Source: Nostoc sp. (GTDB taxonomy: Bacteria; Cyanobacteriota; Cyanobacteriia; Cyanobacteriales; Nostocaceae). Taken from it: a stretch of 64,000 nt of DNA. Below are positions 19,616 to 30,350 of the stretch, piece after piece. The position numbers were made by a program, and so were the translations under genes. The DNA lies in assembly GCA_036918135.1 (NCBI GenBank), contig JBALDB010000009.1, positions 64,001 through 128,000 of the forward strand. The letters are read 5' to 3'. The stretch's first letter is position 1; each line of letters opens with the position of its first letter. Under the pieces are notes generated by a model. The model did not search any database, was not told where the DNA came from, and worked only from the letters and a program-made list of their open reading frames with translations.

Positions 19616-20056
19616 CTATTTAAAAGCATCTTTGAGGCCTTCAACAGCGCGTTCAACAACATTTTTGGTATTGTCTATCGCTGTCTGTGTGCGATCTGCA
19701 TCTTGGTCTGCTCTTTCCTGGATTCGAGCTGCATCTCTTTGCGCTTTGCGCCCAATAAAGCTACCATTATCTGTTGCGTCATCTACTTTATTGGCATTGG
19801 TCTTCGCTGTTTCCTTGAGCTTGTCTCGTGTTTCTTGAACGAAACCCTTGGTTCGTCCAGCATCTTCACTAGCTTTGCTTTTAGCATCGTCGAGATCTGC
19901 GGCTGCGATTAAGTTGGTTGTAGGACTAGCCATCGCTGAGTTGTTGACAAAAAATCCACCATGCCAGATAAAAGCGATCGCTGATACACAAAACAATCCT
20001 GTAGCTATCCAGCGTCCTAGAGTAGAGAGTCCTTTTGTAAAATAATTCAGTTTCAT
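19616..20056 (-). CDS. Exported LEA-like hydrophilic helical protein
   Basis: Signal-like N-terminus followed by an A/D/K/T/R-rich amphipathic sequence. Confidence 0.7.
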   Translation of the reverse strand: MKLNYFTKGLSTLGRWIATGLFCVSAIAFIWHGGFFVNNSAMASPTTNLIAAADLDDAKSKASEDAGRTKGFVQETRDKLKETAKTNANKVDDATDNGSFIGRKAQRDAARIQERADQDADRTQTAIDNTKNVVERAVEGLKDAFK

Positions 20057-20680
20057 AGAACACAATGTCCATTTGCTTTAGCATTCTATATTTACTTCAT
20101 CTGGTTTAAGTACTAAATCGCTCCCTAGATAGAGGTTTTCTTATCATAAGTTATTAAAAAAATTCGTTCTTCTAATAGATTGAAATAGTATTTAGTTAAG
20201 CCTAAAGTTGATAGTCAGATATTTCAACATTATGCTATATTTTGTTATTCATGAAAATTAAATAATTGAAGTTGAAATTCTAGCATCATATTCATATTTA
20301 ATACTATAAATAAATGATTAAACTCTAATTTGCAAATTAGAGAGTAAAATTTTGGATAATTTGGCGTCAACTGAGAGTTTGTTCGCAAATATTTTCTAAG
20401 TGCGATCGCATTTGATTATTAAATAATACAGAATTTAAATAAATTTTGACTTTGGCTAATCCATCTTTTATTTAAATTCAAAGGTACGCAGAGATTAAAA
20501 CAGAGCATCACTGTCGATTTTCAGCATTTTTTAAATATCCAACTCAATTGGATAGTTCAATTTTGAGGTAGCCGCAACCACTATTATTCCTTCGACACCC
20601 AGGTTTAATACCTCCGATTTTTCAGTTACTAATTCGCCTAATAGTGGAAAAATTAGAGGTACAGCTGTCTGTATGCAACG

Positions 20681-21604
20681 CTAATGATTAAGCTGATTGT
20701 TTGGATATTCATGATTTATAACTACAGACGATCCTGCTGTTGCTATTTCTTCTTGGGCTTGTATTTGCAGTAGTTCCGGTATTGTCACAAATCTATAACC
20801 TTGCGCCTTTAAACCGTCGATAATTTGCGGTAAAGCTTTGACAGTCCGAGAACGATTACCGCCACCATCGTGCATTAATACAATTGCCCCTGGTTTGGCA
20901 TCTTTTAGCACGTTTTTGACCATTCTTGGTACTTGAGGCGAACGACGTTGAGCGTCTCCCGACTCTTCTGACCACATCATAACAGTATACCCGTGACTTT
21001 TAGCGTAGTCGGCTAATCCATTATTCAAAAAGCCACCAGGGGGACGAAACAGAGTAGTTTTCACTCCCGTAGTCTGAAAAATGATGTCTGCTGTACTATT
21101 TATTTCATTAGCCGCAGTAGCTACATCCATATGACGATACCAATGATGCCATGTATGGTTGCCAATTACTTCACCATCGGCTGCAACTTGCCTAGCAACC
21201 AGGGGAAAATATTTCACCATTTGCCCAATCATAAAAAACGTAGCTTTAATCTGATTTTTCTGTAAAATCTCCAATATTTGTGCTGTATTTTTAGGGCCTG
21301 GGCCATCATCAAAAGTGAGGGCGATAACTTTCTCATTTGCTTGAAGTTTCGCTTGATAAATCACTGTTCCCTGAAATTTATTTGGCACTTTATTTATTAG
21401 ATTTGTTGCTAATGAAGCTTGTGTAGATGCAGTCATTGACTTCTGTTGACTTACTTTCTTACTGTCGCTTTTTGGCTGTTGAATTCCTAATAGATGATTA
21501 GGTTTGATTGCACCCAAAAGTAGACTGATAGCTAAACTACTAGCACCAGTAATCAATGTAATAATTAGCAATTTTAAAATTACGGATAATTTCTGATTGG
21601 ACAC
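20681..21604 (-). CDS. Polysaccharide deacetylase (NodB/CE4)
   Basis: ALTFDDGP, GNHTWHH, FRPPGG, IVLMHDGGG. GTG start after GAGGAG. Confidence 0.93.
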   Translation of the reverse strand: MSNQKLSVILKLLIITLITGASSLAISLLLGAIKPNHLLGIQQPKSDSKKVSQQKSMTASTQASLATNLINKVPNKFQGTVIYQAKLQANEKVIALTFDDGPGPKNTAQILEILQKNQIKATFFMIGQMVKYFPLVARQVAADGEVIGNHTWHHWYRHMDVATAANEINSTADIIFQTTGVKTTLFRPPGGFLNNGLADYAKSHGYTVMMWSEESGDAQRRSPQVPRMVKNVLKDAKPGAIVLMHDGGGNRSRTVKALPQIIDGLKAQGYRFVTIPELLQIQAQEEIATAGSSVVINHEYPNNQLNH

Positions 21605-21709
21605 ATTAAATCTCCTCAAATTTGTGATTTTTCATTATACCCAATACTGTAATTAATGAGTGATAATCGCTAGTAACAGAGATTGATAGATGAAATTAAC
21701 TTATATTTT

Positions 21710-22333
21710 TTACTTCTTCGCTTGTATAACTTGCAAACTACCACCTGCATACAAAGTTGGCTTACCCACCTCAAACCCAGTTTGTGCCAACAAACCAGGT
21801 AAATCAGTTTTTAACAATTCCCAAGCTGTTTGTGTCTCAAACAACAACAAAAATACTGATACCCCAGGCCAAAATATCGGATTTGTCGGGGCGTGAAAAT
21901 CTACGAGTGTAAATACCCCTCCTGGCTTTAACACCCGATAAACCTGATGAATAATCTTTCGTAATTGCTGAGGTTGCATTTCGTGTAGTGCAATACTAGT
22001 ATGCACCACATCAAACAGATTATCTGCAAATGGCATTTCTTCTGCAAAAGCTTCTACATATGAAGCTAATGGTACATTTTGCCGCGCTCGTTGCAAAGAA
22101 AAGGGTGAAGCATCCAGCCCTGTTACATTTTGTGAAAGTTTTACCAAAAATTGCGTTGCTTGACCACTGCCGCAACATAAATCTAGAATCTGAGTATCTG
22201 AGTCAATTGTTAAGCGTTGCAAAGCAAGTTGCCGAAAACGGGCTTCGCCACCTATACTCAAGGCTGCCAAACGAGAAATACTATCATAAAACCACTGATA
22301 GCGGTAACTCCAATCTCTTAAAATTGTTGCCAT
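21710..22333 (-). CDS. Class I SAM-dependent methyltransferase
   Basis: ILDLCCGSG, FDVV, RVLKPGG. Confidence 0.92.
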   Translation of the reverse strand: MATILRDWSYRYQWFYDSISRLAALSIGGEARFRQLALQRLTIDSDTQILDLCCGSGQATQFLVKLSQNVTGLDASPFSLQRARQNVPLASYVEAFAEEMPFADNLFDVVHTSIALHEMQPQQLRKIIHQVYRVLKPGGVFTLVDFHAPTNPIFWPGVSVFLLLFETQTAWELLKTDLPGLLAQTGFEVGKPTLYAGGSLQVIQAKK

Positions 22334-22426
22334 TGCATATTTCCTTGCTATTAAGCTTTATATTTAATAAAGATATATTGTTAACATTAGTAAAAAACCT
22401 GAAAAGATTGGGGGAAAGTAACTGCT

Positions 22427-23593
22427 ATGGGTCGTGTAGGCGTCTTATTACTCAATCTCGGTGGCCCTGATAAGCTAGAGGATGTCGGGCCGTTTTTGTA
22501 CAACCTATTTTCCGATCCGGAAATTATTCGCCTACCGTTTCGTTGGTTGCAAAAGCCCCTAGCCTGGTTTATTGCCACGCGGCGAACCAGAACATCTCAA
22601 GAAAACTATAAGCAAATCGGTGGTGGTTCACCACTGCGGCAAATTACGGAAGCCCAAGGAGAAGCCCTAAAAGAACAGTTGGGTTATTTGGGTCAAGAAG
22701 CCAAAATTTATGTGGGAATGCGTTATTGGCATCCGTATACAGAAGAGGCGATCGCACAACTCACCCAAGATAATGTAGAACACCTGGTAATCTTACCACT
22801 TTATCCCCAGTTTTCTATCAGTACCAGTGGTTCTAGCTTCCGGCTTTTAGAAAAGCTTTGGCAAGAAGATGCCAAACTTCAACGCATTGATTACACCGTA
22901 ATTCCTTCCTGGTATAAACAACCAGGCTACCTCCAAGCAATAGCGGAACTTATAGCCCAAGAACTCGACCAATTTTCTAATCCTGACGAGGTTCATATCT
23001 TCTTCAGCGCTCACGGGGTTCCGAAAAGTTATGTTGAAGAAGCAGGCGACCCCTACCAACAAGAAATTGAGGAATGTACTGCCTTAATTATGCAGACCCT
23101 CAATCGACCCAATGTCCACACCTTGGCTTATCAAAGTCGCGTTGGCCCAGTAGAATGGCTGCAACCTTATACTGAAGATGCTCTTAAAGAACTAGCTGCC
23201 CAAGGCGTGAAAGATTTGGTAGTCGTGCCCATCAGTTTTGTCTCAGAACACATTGAGACATTACAAGAAATTGATATTGAGTATCGAGAAGTCGCAGAAG
23301 AAGCAGGAATTCATAACTTCCGTCGCGTACCTGCTCCCAATACCCATCCAGTATTTATTAATGCACTGGCGGAATTAGTAATTGATGCGCTTCAAAAACC
23401 CAGTTTCAAGTTGTCGCAAGCAGCCCAAATGAAAAAAATGGTGAAAATGTATCCCCAAGAGCGTTGGGAGTGGGGTCTAACTACTAGTGCTGAAGTCTGG
23501 AATGGTCGCATTGCTATGCTTGGCTTCATTGCCTTAATCATCGAGCTGATTACCGGTCACGGGGTATTGCATATGATTGGGATTTTGCAGTAA
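22427..23593 (+). CDS. hemH: Ferrochelatase with C-terminal CAB domain
   Basis: LLNLGGP, MRYWHP, FSAHGVP, SEHIETL; C-terminal [13 protein letters not shown]. Confidence 0.98.
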   Translation: MGRVGVLLLNLGGPDKLEDVGPFLYNLFSDPEIIRLPFRWLQKPLAWFIATRRTRTSQENYKQIGGGSPLRQITEAQGEALKEQLGYLGQEAKIYVGMRYWHPYTEEAIAQLTQDNVEHLVILPLYPQFSISTSGSSFRLLEKLWQEDAKLQRIDYTVIPSWYKQPGYLQAIAELIAQELDQFSNPDEVHIFFSAHGVPKSYVEEAGDPYQQEIEECTALIMQTLNRPNVHTLAYQSRVGPVEWLQPYTEDALKELAAQGVKDLVVVPISFVSEHIETLQEIDIEYREVAEEAGIHNFRRVPAPNTHPVFINALAELVIDALQKPSFKLSQAAQMKKMVKMYPQERWEWGLTTSAEVWNGRIAMLGFIALIIELITGHGVLHMIGILQ

Positions 23594-23595
23594 AG

Positions 23596-23706
23596 GGGAC
23601 TGGGAGTATTGACTGGGACTGGGTACTGTGGACTAGGTACTGGCAAAGAGGTAGAGAAGCACAGGAGGCAAAGGGAGAATAATCCCTAATCCTTAATCCC
23701 CAGTCC
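23596..23706. repeat. Short tandem heptamer-type repeats (GGGACTG/GGTACTG; TAATCCC)
   Basis: Degenerate STRR-like arrays between convergent genes. Confidence 0.7.
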
Positions 23707-24247
23707 CCAATCTCCGCCAATACCAGTCATACCACTGCTTGGCGCTACGAACTGCAAACCATAAAAGAATTAAAGCAATTAATCCTCCTTGCCAGGGAGC
23801 ATCAAAGGCAAAAAGTACCAGAGCAATACATAAGGTATCTTGAAGAAACACTGCCCACAACGGTAAGCCGCGTAACCGATAGAACCAACCAACTTGAACT
23901 AGCTGGAGTACTAAAGCTAACAAACCCCCAATTAAGGCAATCAACCAGTTTGGTGTTGCTGTGGCAGAAGCTACTGCTAATCCCATAATTGCCCCTGCGA
24001 GGGGAGACATTAATAACTGAATCAGTTGTAGCAATCTTTGCCCCCATAGCTTTTTTGAGGCTAATAATTCAATTAACGACCAACTGGTAAGGCAGGCTAA
24101 TAGTATTGGTTCAGAAATGTGAGATAAAATTGGAACTTGCGACCACAAGCTACTACCCTGCAACAATCCAATAATTAGCAAAGGTATGCCTATTCTTATT
24201 CCTGCTGCCGCAGAGGCAGAGAGTGTGGCTAGAATTTCAATCATCAA
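23693..24247 (-). CDS. DUF4126-family membrane protein
   Basis: LSASAAAGIRIGIPLL...IELLASKK; hydrophobic profile. Confidence 0.75.
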   Translation of the reverse strand: MMIEILATLSASAAAGIRIGIPLLIIGLLQGSSLWSQVPILSHISEPILLACLTSWSLIELLASKKLWGQRLLQLIQLLMSPLAGAIMGLAVASATATPNWLIALIGGLLALVLQLVQVGWFYRLRGLPLWAVFLQDTLCIALVLFAFDAPWQGGLIALILLWFAVRSAKQWYDWYWRRLGTGD

Positions 24248-24362
24248 AGCACTCGCAGCACGAATAAATAACTAAGTATTTGTTATCTATACTACCCACT
24301 GATGGTGATAATTCTAGCAGCAAACTACAAGTATTCTTTTTTGGAGAATGGGGAGTGGGGAG

Positions 24363-24492
24363 AAGTCTGAGCGGAGGCTTCCTCCGTAGACGCTTTGCAG
24401 CTTGCCGTAGGCATCAGAACTTCTCCTATCAAAGACGCTACGCGAACGGAGGGTTCCCCCTGTTGTTCGCGCAGCGTCTCCGTCAGGAGAAG
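24363..24492. repeat. Cluster of nested small dispersed repeats
   Basis: GC-rich short hairpins (GCGGAGGCTTCCTCCG, AGACGCTACGCGAAC...GTTCGCGCAGCGTCT). Confidence 0.55.
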
Positions 24493-24535
24493 TAACTGGC
24501 TCTCAACAGTCAGTACTCCCAATGACCAATGAAAC

Positions 24536-25831
24536 CTAAATACCTAGCCGTTGATAAATGTCTTCTAAATGGCGTAGGTGTTGTTGGGGGTCGAAACACA
24601 CCTCTAGTTCCGCTGGAGACAATTTTTGAGTAACACGGGGGTCTTTGCTAATCAAGTCCTGGAAATTGCCTTGTGGCTTGTTCCAAGCAGCGTGAGCGCT
24701 TTCCTGAACGATCGCATAAGCTTCTTCGCGGCTCAATCCCTTGTCTATTAAGGCAAGTAGCACTTTTTGACTGAACACAACGCCGCCGTAGCAGTTCAGA
24801 TTTCGTTCCATGTTCTCAGGATATACCAGCAGGTTTTTGACTAAGTCGGTGATTTCTAACAGCATAAAATGTGTCAAAGTGCAAGTGTCTGGCAAAATTA
24901 CCCGTTCTACGGAACTGTGGGAAATATCCCGTTCGTGCCAAAGGGCGACGTTTTCTAAGGCTGCACCAGCATGGCTTCTCACAAGTCGCGCCATTCCTGT
25001 CAGCCGTTCCGAACGAATGGGATTGCGCTTGTGTGGCATAGCTGAGGAGCCTTTTTGACCTTTGGCGAAGAATTCTTCTACTTCTAGAACGTCTGTTTTT
25101 TGCAGATTGCGAATTTCTACAGCAAAACGTTCGATGGATGCCGCTAATAGCGCTAATTGTTGTACATAGTCGGCGTGGCGATCGCGGGAAATCACTTGTG
25201 TTGAGGCGGTATCCGGTTGCAGTCCGAGTTTTTGGCACGCGATCGCTTCTACACGCGGTTCAACATTTGCATAGGTGCCCACCGCACCAGAAATTTTACC
25301 CACAGCAATGGTTTGACGGAGAATTCTCAGGCGTTCTTGGTGTCGCAAGACTTCTGCCAACCACCCAGCTAGCTTGAAACCAAAAGTGATCGGTTCGGCG
25401 TGAATCCCATGCGATCGACCAATCATCACTGTATGACGATGTTCCTGTGCCTTTTGGCGAATCACACTAATCAAATCTTCCAGACGTTGCAATAACACAT
25501 CTAAACTCGCAACCAATTGCAACCCTAAAGCTGTATCCAAGACATCGGAACTGGTTAGCCCCAAGTGAATATAGCGTCCGGCATCCCCAACATATTCATT
25601 GACATTTGTCAAGAAAGCAATCACATCGTGGCGAACTTCAGCTTCAATTTCTAGCACCCGCTTTGGGTCAAAATCTGCCTTTGCCTTAATTTCTTCAACC
25701 GCAGCAGACGGAATGAAACCTAATTCAGCTTGAGCCTCACAAACTGCGATTTCTACTTGCAGCCAGGTTTTTAACTTATAGGCTTCACTCCACAGATTAC
25801 CCATTTCGGGCAGAGTATAACGCTCAATCAC
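24536..25831 (-). CDS. purB: Adenylosuccinate lyase
   Basis: MIERYT, RHDVIAF, GRSHGIHAEP, GSSAMPHKRNP. Confidence 0.98.
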   Translation of the reverse strand: MIERYTLPEMGNLWSEAYKLKTWLQVEIAVCEAQAELGFIPSAAVEEIKAKADFDPKRVLEIEAEVRHDVIAFLTNVNEYVGDAGRYIHLGLTSSDVLDTALGLQLVASLDVLLQRLEDLISVIRQKAQEHRHTVMIGRSHGIHAEPITFGFKLAGWLAEVLRHQERLRILRQTIAVGKISGAVGTYANVEPRVEAIACQKLGLQPDTASTQVISRDRHADYVQQLALLAASIERFAVEIRNLQKTDVLEVEEFFAKGQKGSSAMPHKRNPIRSERLTGMARLVRSHAGAALENVALWHERDISHSSVERVILPDTCTLTHFMLLEITDLVKNLLVYPENMERNLNCYGGVVFSQKVLLALIDKGLSREEAYAIVQESAHAAWNKPQGNFQDLISKDPRVTQKLSPAELEVCFDPQQHLRHLEDIYQRLGI

Positions 25832-25871
25832 AATCTGGCACAGAATACAACCGTCATATTTTACAGTTTAA

Positions 25872-26429
25872 TTAGCGTACATCGCTTTTTAACTCTACTT
25901 TTTGCCCAGCGATCGAATTAGATTTTGAGTCTGAGGTGATGATACTAATCCTACCATCAGCTTCCATATATGCCAACTTAACATCAGCTAAAAATTCCAC
26001 ACCTTGCTAACGTAATTTGCTCATCAATTCCTCTTCTGTAATTAACTCTCGTTGCAGATGTCGTTGAATCATCCGACCATTTTTTACCAACAATAGCGGT
26101 GGCGGATTCATAAAGCGTTGAAACTGGGGAATTTTGTAGCCTAACCACTTCAGCAAGTAGCTCCAAAAAATTACAGTTGCTACCAGAATAGCACCTTCAG
26201 TAATTGATGTATAATTACTGGCCATAGCATTTTGGGCAGCTTCAGCAAATAGTACAACTACCAATAAATCTGTAATTCCTAGAGTTCCTAGTTGCCGACT
26301 AGGAAGAAAGCGTAGCACTGAGAACAGCGCTAAGTAAACCAGCGACCCGCGTATAATCAATTCCAAGACGCTGATACTAGGAACAAAAATTGCTTGCCAA
26401 TTGATAAAAAACAATTTGTTAATTAACAT
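25872..26429 (-). pseudogene. DUF421/YetF membrane protein with in-frame amber stop
   Basis: ...ELMSKLR-TAG(26007-09)-QGVEFLADVKLAYMEADGRISII... continues in frame to TAA at 25872. Confidence 0.85.
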
Positions 26430-26754
26430 TAATTTTTCTGTTAATGCATTTAAATATAATTTTAAATATTAAAAGTATCTATATAACTTTGCAATTTTTG
26501 TTGAAAATTTTATAGTTTTTACTCAAATTTTAGGAATATATAATTTGTATATATTGTATTATTTTTATTATTTTATTTGTCAAAACTCTTAGTGCTTGAA
26601 AAAAGGAAAAACGCAATATTTTGATAAGATAAACCTCTCGCATCTAAAGCTGTTCCATTTTTTAGGTTATTTTTTATAAGAGTATCATATTGAATAACTT
26701 TTTGAATATTAGCCCATGCAATCAGAGGTGGTGTCAACAACCATTCTGTTGTCA

Positions 26755-26950
26755 TATCATGTCTGGCTAATCACTTGTAATATGTCTGAAGTAAGTGCAA
26801 CGAAGTGAAACGTACCACTTCGTGAAAGCAAGCTACACAAAGCGTCTCGTAAGAGAAGCAATCTACTTGGTCTTGTATGATTGCTTCAGTTCGTACCCTA
26901 CAGGAATGCCAAGGGTAAACGCAATGACAAGTATGCCTCAGAACATGATA
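26755..26950. mobile_element. MITE family B-type element (same TIRs, different interior), TCA TSD
   Basis: TCA|TATCATGTCTGG...CAGAACATGATA|TCA. Confidence 0.8.
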
Positions 26951-27147
26951 TCAGTAGCATATTCGCTATTTAAGTGCGATCGCTCCAGTTACAATCCTAG
27001 CGTTTAATCAGTTTAGCTTGTGAATGTGAAATATAACAGTAAAATTTGTACTGTCATATTGAGGGAGCAATTTTGCAGCTTATCCGATTTTAGAGACCAA
27101 TCAACTATATAGGAGTTAACTGAAGATTTATCTCCAGTTTTAAATAA

Positions 27148-28182
27148 TTAATAATGCTGGGTTCTTCTTCTAGATTTCAAACGTTTTGGTTTGGAGAAAT
27201 ATCGGATTAAGCGACTCATTAATTTAGAAAAGGACTGTTTATTATTGTTATTTTGCTTTTTAGGAGCAGTACTATTGTTGTTCGTCCCTTGATTAGTAGA
27301 AGTTTTATTATTCATAGGTACGGCATTTTTTGTTGGGGTAATGCCGCTTCCATGCCTTCTGGCATAAACTTGGGTAAACTCCGCACCAAAGAAAAGAATC
27401 TGTGCTGCATAATTAACCCACGCTAGGATAATAACCAGTGAACCCGCAGCACCATAAGCTGAACCAAAACTGCCATTACCTAAATATTGTCCTAACAAAA
27501 ACCTGCCAATGGAAAACAAAAATGAGGTAAGAATAGCTCCAATTAAAACATCACTCCAAGCAATTTTGACATCTGGTAAAACTTTAAAAATTAGTCCAAA
27601 CAGAAATGTCGTGATGGCAAAAGAAATGAGAAAATTAAGAATTTTCCAGAGGAAATCGACACCTGGTATTAAGTTACTAAAATATGTTGATAATGCTGCT
27701 AATCCCGTACTAATTACCAGAGAAACTAAAAGTAAAAAGCCAATCCCTATTATCATTGCAAATGACAAAAAGCGTAAGCGAATAATGTTAGTTACGCCTT
27801 GTCCAGGTTTTGGTTTCACTTCCCAAATCGTGTTGAGAGAATCTTGTAACTCGGTAAATAAACCAGTAGCACCCAATAGCAAAACTACAACACTAATAAT
27901 CGAAGCGATCGCTCCTGTCTGTGGTTTGTTAGCATTGTTAATAGCTGTTTGGATAAATTCTGCCCCACTTTTGCCGACTAAACCTTGAATTTGTCCAACG
28001 ATTTGACCCCTTGCCGCCTCTTCTCCGAATGCTGCGCCTGCGATCGCAATTACAATAATTAGCAAAGGTGCAATAGAAAAAATCGTGTAATAAGCTAAGG
28101 CCGCCGCTAACCGAGAGGCTTTATCTTCACTCCATTCTTGAAACGTCTCTTGGAACAGTTGCCAAATTGCCTGCAAATTCAT
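27148..28182 (-). CDS. YihY/virulence factor BrkB family membrane protein
   Basis: ASRLAAALAYYTIFSIAP, YGAAGSLVIILAWVNYAAQILFFGAEF. Confidence 0.95.
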   Translation of the reverse strand: MNLQAIWQLFQETFQEWSEDKASRLAAALAYYTIFSIAPLLIIVIAIAGAAFGEEAARGQIVGQIQGLVGKSGAEFIQTAINNANKPQTGAIASIISVVVLLLGATGLFTELQDSLNTIWEVKPKPGQGVTNIIRLRFLSFAMIIGIGFLLLVSLVISTGLAALSTYFSNLIPGVDFLWKILNFLISFAITTFLFGLIFKVLPDVKIAWSDVLIGAILTSFLFSIGRFLLGQYLGNGSFGSAYGAAGSLVIILAWVNYAAQILFFGAEFTQVYARRHGSGITPTKNAVPMNNKTSTNQGTNNNSTAPKKQNNNNKQSFSKLMSRLIRYFSKPKRLKSRRRTQHY

Positions 28183-28445
28183 TGAGTCAGTCTCCTTGTA
28201 AGGGATGTTGCTTAGTCCCTGATATATTTGATACTGATTTGCTAATTAGCCACATCTTCCCAAGGGCGTTAGTGTCACCTCCTTTAGGAGGATTTTAATC
28301 AGAAAGAGAGCATAACTGAAATCATTGTAGTAATCAAATTATCAAGTCCAATCGTCCAAAACTAAATTCACTACTTGACAAAAATCACGGTTATTTCGTG
28401 TAACCAAAATTCCATTTTATGAAAGTGCGTAGGAATTCTTCTGTA

Positions 28446-29216
28446 TCATTCATTTCCCAAGTACGCTTCAATTACAGCTGGGTTATTTCTAACTATAGAG
28501 GGTTCACCTAAGGCAATTAATTGTCCAAAATCTAAAACAGCAATGCGATCGCATAAACCCATCACCAAAGGTACATGATGTTCAATCAGGACTATTGTCA
28601 AATTAAACTGTTCTCGCAAACTACAAATAAATTCACTTAGTTGCTGCTTTTCGTTGGGGTTCATTCCCGCAGCAGGTTCATCGAGAAGTAAAATTTGCGG
28701 TTCTAGAGCTAAAGCACGGGCAATTTCTAAGCGACGTTGGTCACCATAGGCGAAGTTTTTAGCTTTTTCCTCAGCGCGATCGCTCAAGCCCACCATCTCC
28801 AATAATTGTAAAGCTTTTCGCCTGCTTTTTTTCTCTTCTCGACGCGCTAGTGGTAATCCCAAAACTCCTGTTAATACATTACTTTTATTACGCAAATGTC
28901 GGGCACTTACTACATTTTCTAAGGCAGATAATTCACCAAATAAACGAATATTTTGAAAAGTCCGAGCAATACCTAAACTCGCAATTTGATGCGGGCGTAG
29001 TCGGGAAATATTTGCGCCTTGATAGCGTAATTCTCCACTAGAAAGGGGAATAAAAGCTGTAATCAAATTAAATAGTGTTGTTTTCCCAGCACCGTTAGGG
29101 CCAATCAGTCCAAAAATCTCATGTTGATTGACTGTAAAAGATACATTATTCACCGCTACTAAACCTCCAAAGCGGCGAGTCAATGATTTGGCTTCTAAAA
29201 TAATGTTATTTGTCAT
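28446..29216 (-). CDS. livG: Branched-chain amino acid ABC transporter ATPase
   Basis: GPNGAGKTT, RTFQNIRLF, LLLDEPAAG, IEHH, EAYLG. Confidence 0.95.
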   Translation of the reverse strand: MTNNIILEAKSLTRRFGGLVAVNNVSFTVNQHEIFGLIGPNGAGKTTLFNLITAFIPLSSGELRYQGANISRLRPHQIASLGIARTFQNIRLFGELSALENVVSARHLRNKSNVLTGVLGLPLARREEKKSRRKALQLLEMVGLSDRAEEKAKNFAYGDQRRLEIARALALEPQILLLDEPAAGMNPNEKQQLSEFICSLREQFNLTIVLIEHHVPLVMGLCDRIAVLDFGQLIALGEPSIVRNNPAVIEAYLGNE

Positions 29217-29296
29217 TGGGCTGCGGCTTTAATCAAATCGGCTGCTTTTTCACCAATCATAATTGTCAGTGTAATTATGTTTCCTATATCAGCCAT
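29213..29296 (-). pseudogene. 27-aa remnant of a GMC oxidoreductase C-terminus
   Basis: MADIGNIITLTIMIGEKAADLIKAAAQ resembles the GMC signature GNTNAPTIMIGEKAADLI. Its stop overlaps the livG ATG. Confidence 0.7.
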
Positions 29297-29327
29297 CAGT
29301 CAGTAACTTCAAGTGGTTGTGTTTATT

Positions 29328-30302
29328 TCATGGAGTTCCTGAACTTGTTTGCTTTGATGTTTTAAAAATTAACTTCATTAATAGCTTTTTACACTTTTTT
29401 AAAATATCTGGCGTGACAAATCCTTGAGGAAAAAATATAGTCCCTAAAATTATTAAACAACCATAAATAATTAATCTTCCGTCGCGTAAAAATTGGGCTA
29501 ACCAATTGGGTAAACCTGCTATATCAGCTATTCTTCGCAGAATAATTTCTAATAAAACCTTCAAAACAATAGCACCTACCACCGAACCTAAAAAAGTTCT
29601 AGAACCACCAATTAAAACAATAGTTAAATAGGTAATACTAGCATCAAAAGTACCTTGTCGAGCATTCCAGGTATTGAGAAAATGAGCGCTGATTACACCT
29701 ACAATTCCAGCAAGAATTGCCCCAAGAGTAAACGCTAAAACTTTATAGTAAGTGGGGTTAATTCCCATTGCACTGGCAGCTAATTCGTCTTCGCGGATGG
29801 CAATAAATGCCCGACCTGTGCGAATGCGTTCTAAACGGTAAAATAATACCATACTAATTAATAGTAATGGCAGAGCAATCCATAAATATTCAAGTTGACT
29901 GGGGAATGGTTGAGGAATACCAAAAATCCCTACAGCACCGCCTGTAATATCTAGATTTAAGGATACAACTCGCAATACTTCTACAAAAGCAATAGTGGCG
30001 ATCGCTAAATAAATTCCCCGCAATCTTAATGCCGGAATTCCTACTACTATAGCTAATATACCAGAAACTAAACCAGCAATTAACATTTCCAATAACAGTA
30101 ATGGAATCGGAAATAAATTATTACTAGATGGAAAAACTTTTGTAGATAAAATTGCTGCGATATATCCACCTAAAGCATAAAATCCCGGACTAGCCAAAGA
30201 CAATTGTCCAGCCATCAATGGTAAATAAAGCGATAATCCTAATAAAGCCTCCAATACCATGTAAACTATTGGTGATTCATAAGTAGAAAAAAATTCAGCC
30301 AT
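29328..30302 (-). CDS. livM: Branched-chain amino acid ABC permease
   Basis: LRLRGIYLAIATIAF, GRAFIAIREDELAA. Confidence 0.93.
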   Translation of the reverse strand: MAEFFSTYESPIVYMVLEALLGLSLYLPLMAGQLSLASPGFYALGGYIAAILSTKVFPSSNNLFPIPLLLLEMLIAGLVSGILAIVVGIPALRLRGIYLAIATIAFVEVLRVVSLNLDITGGAVGIFGIPQPFPSQLEYLWIALPLLLISMVLFYRLERIRTGRAFIAIREDELAASAMGINPTYYKVLAFTLGAILAGIVGVISAHFLNTWNARQGTFDASITYLTIVLIGGSRTFLGSVVGAIVLKVLLEIILRRIADIAGLPNWLAQFLRDGRLIIYGCLIILGTIFFPQGFVTPDILKKCKKLLMKLIFKTSKQTSSGTP

Positions 30303-30350
30303 TGTAAAATATTTTGATAAGCTTAATCAAGTTATCACTTTTCTCAATTT

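Noticed and set aside
19454..19912. 152-aa plus-strand ORF and other long antisense ORFs (e.g. 3403-3915, 27509-27988, 53812-54195)
   Set aside because: Shadow frames of well-supported genes on the opposite strand, with no recognisable motifs.
22427..23593. Ferrochelatase-CAB fusion and three-gene pnt as novelties
   Set aside because: Both are established features of cyanobacteria.
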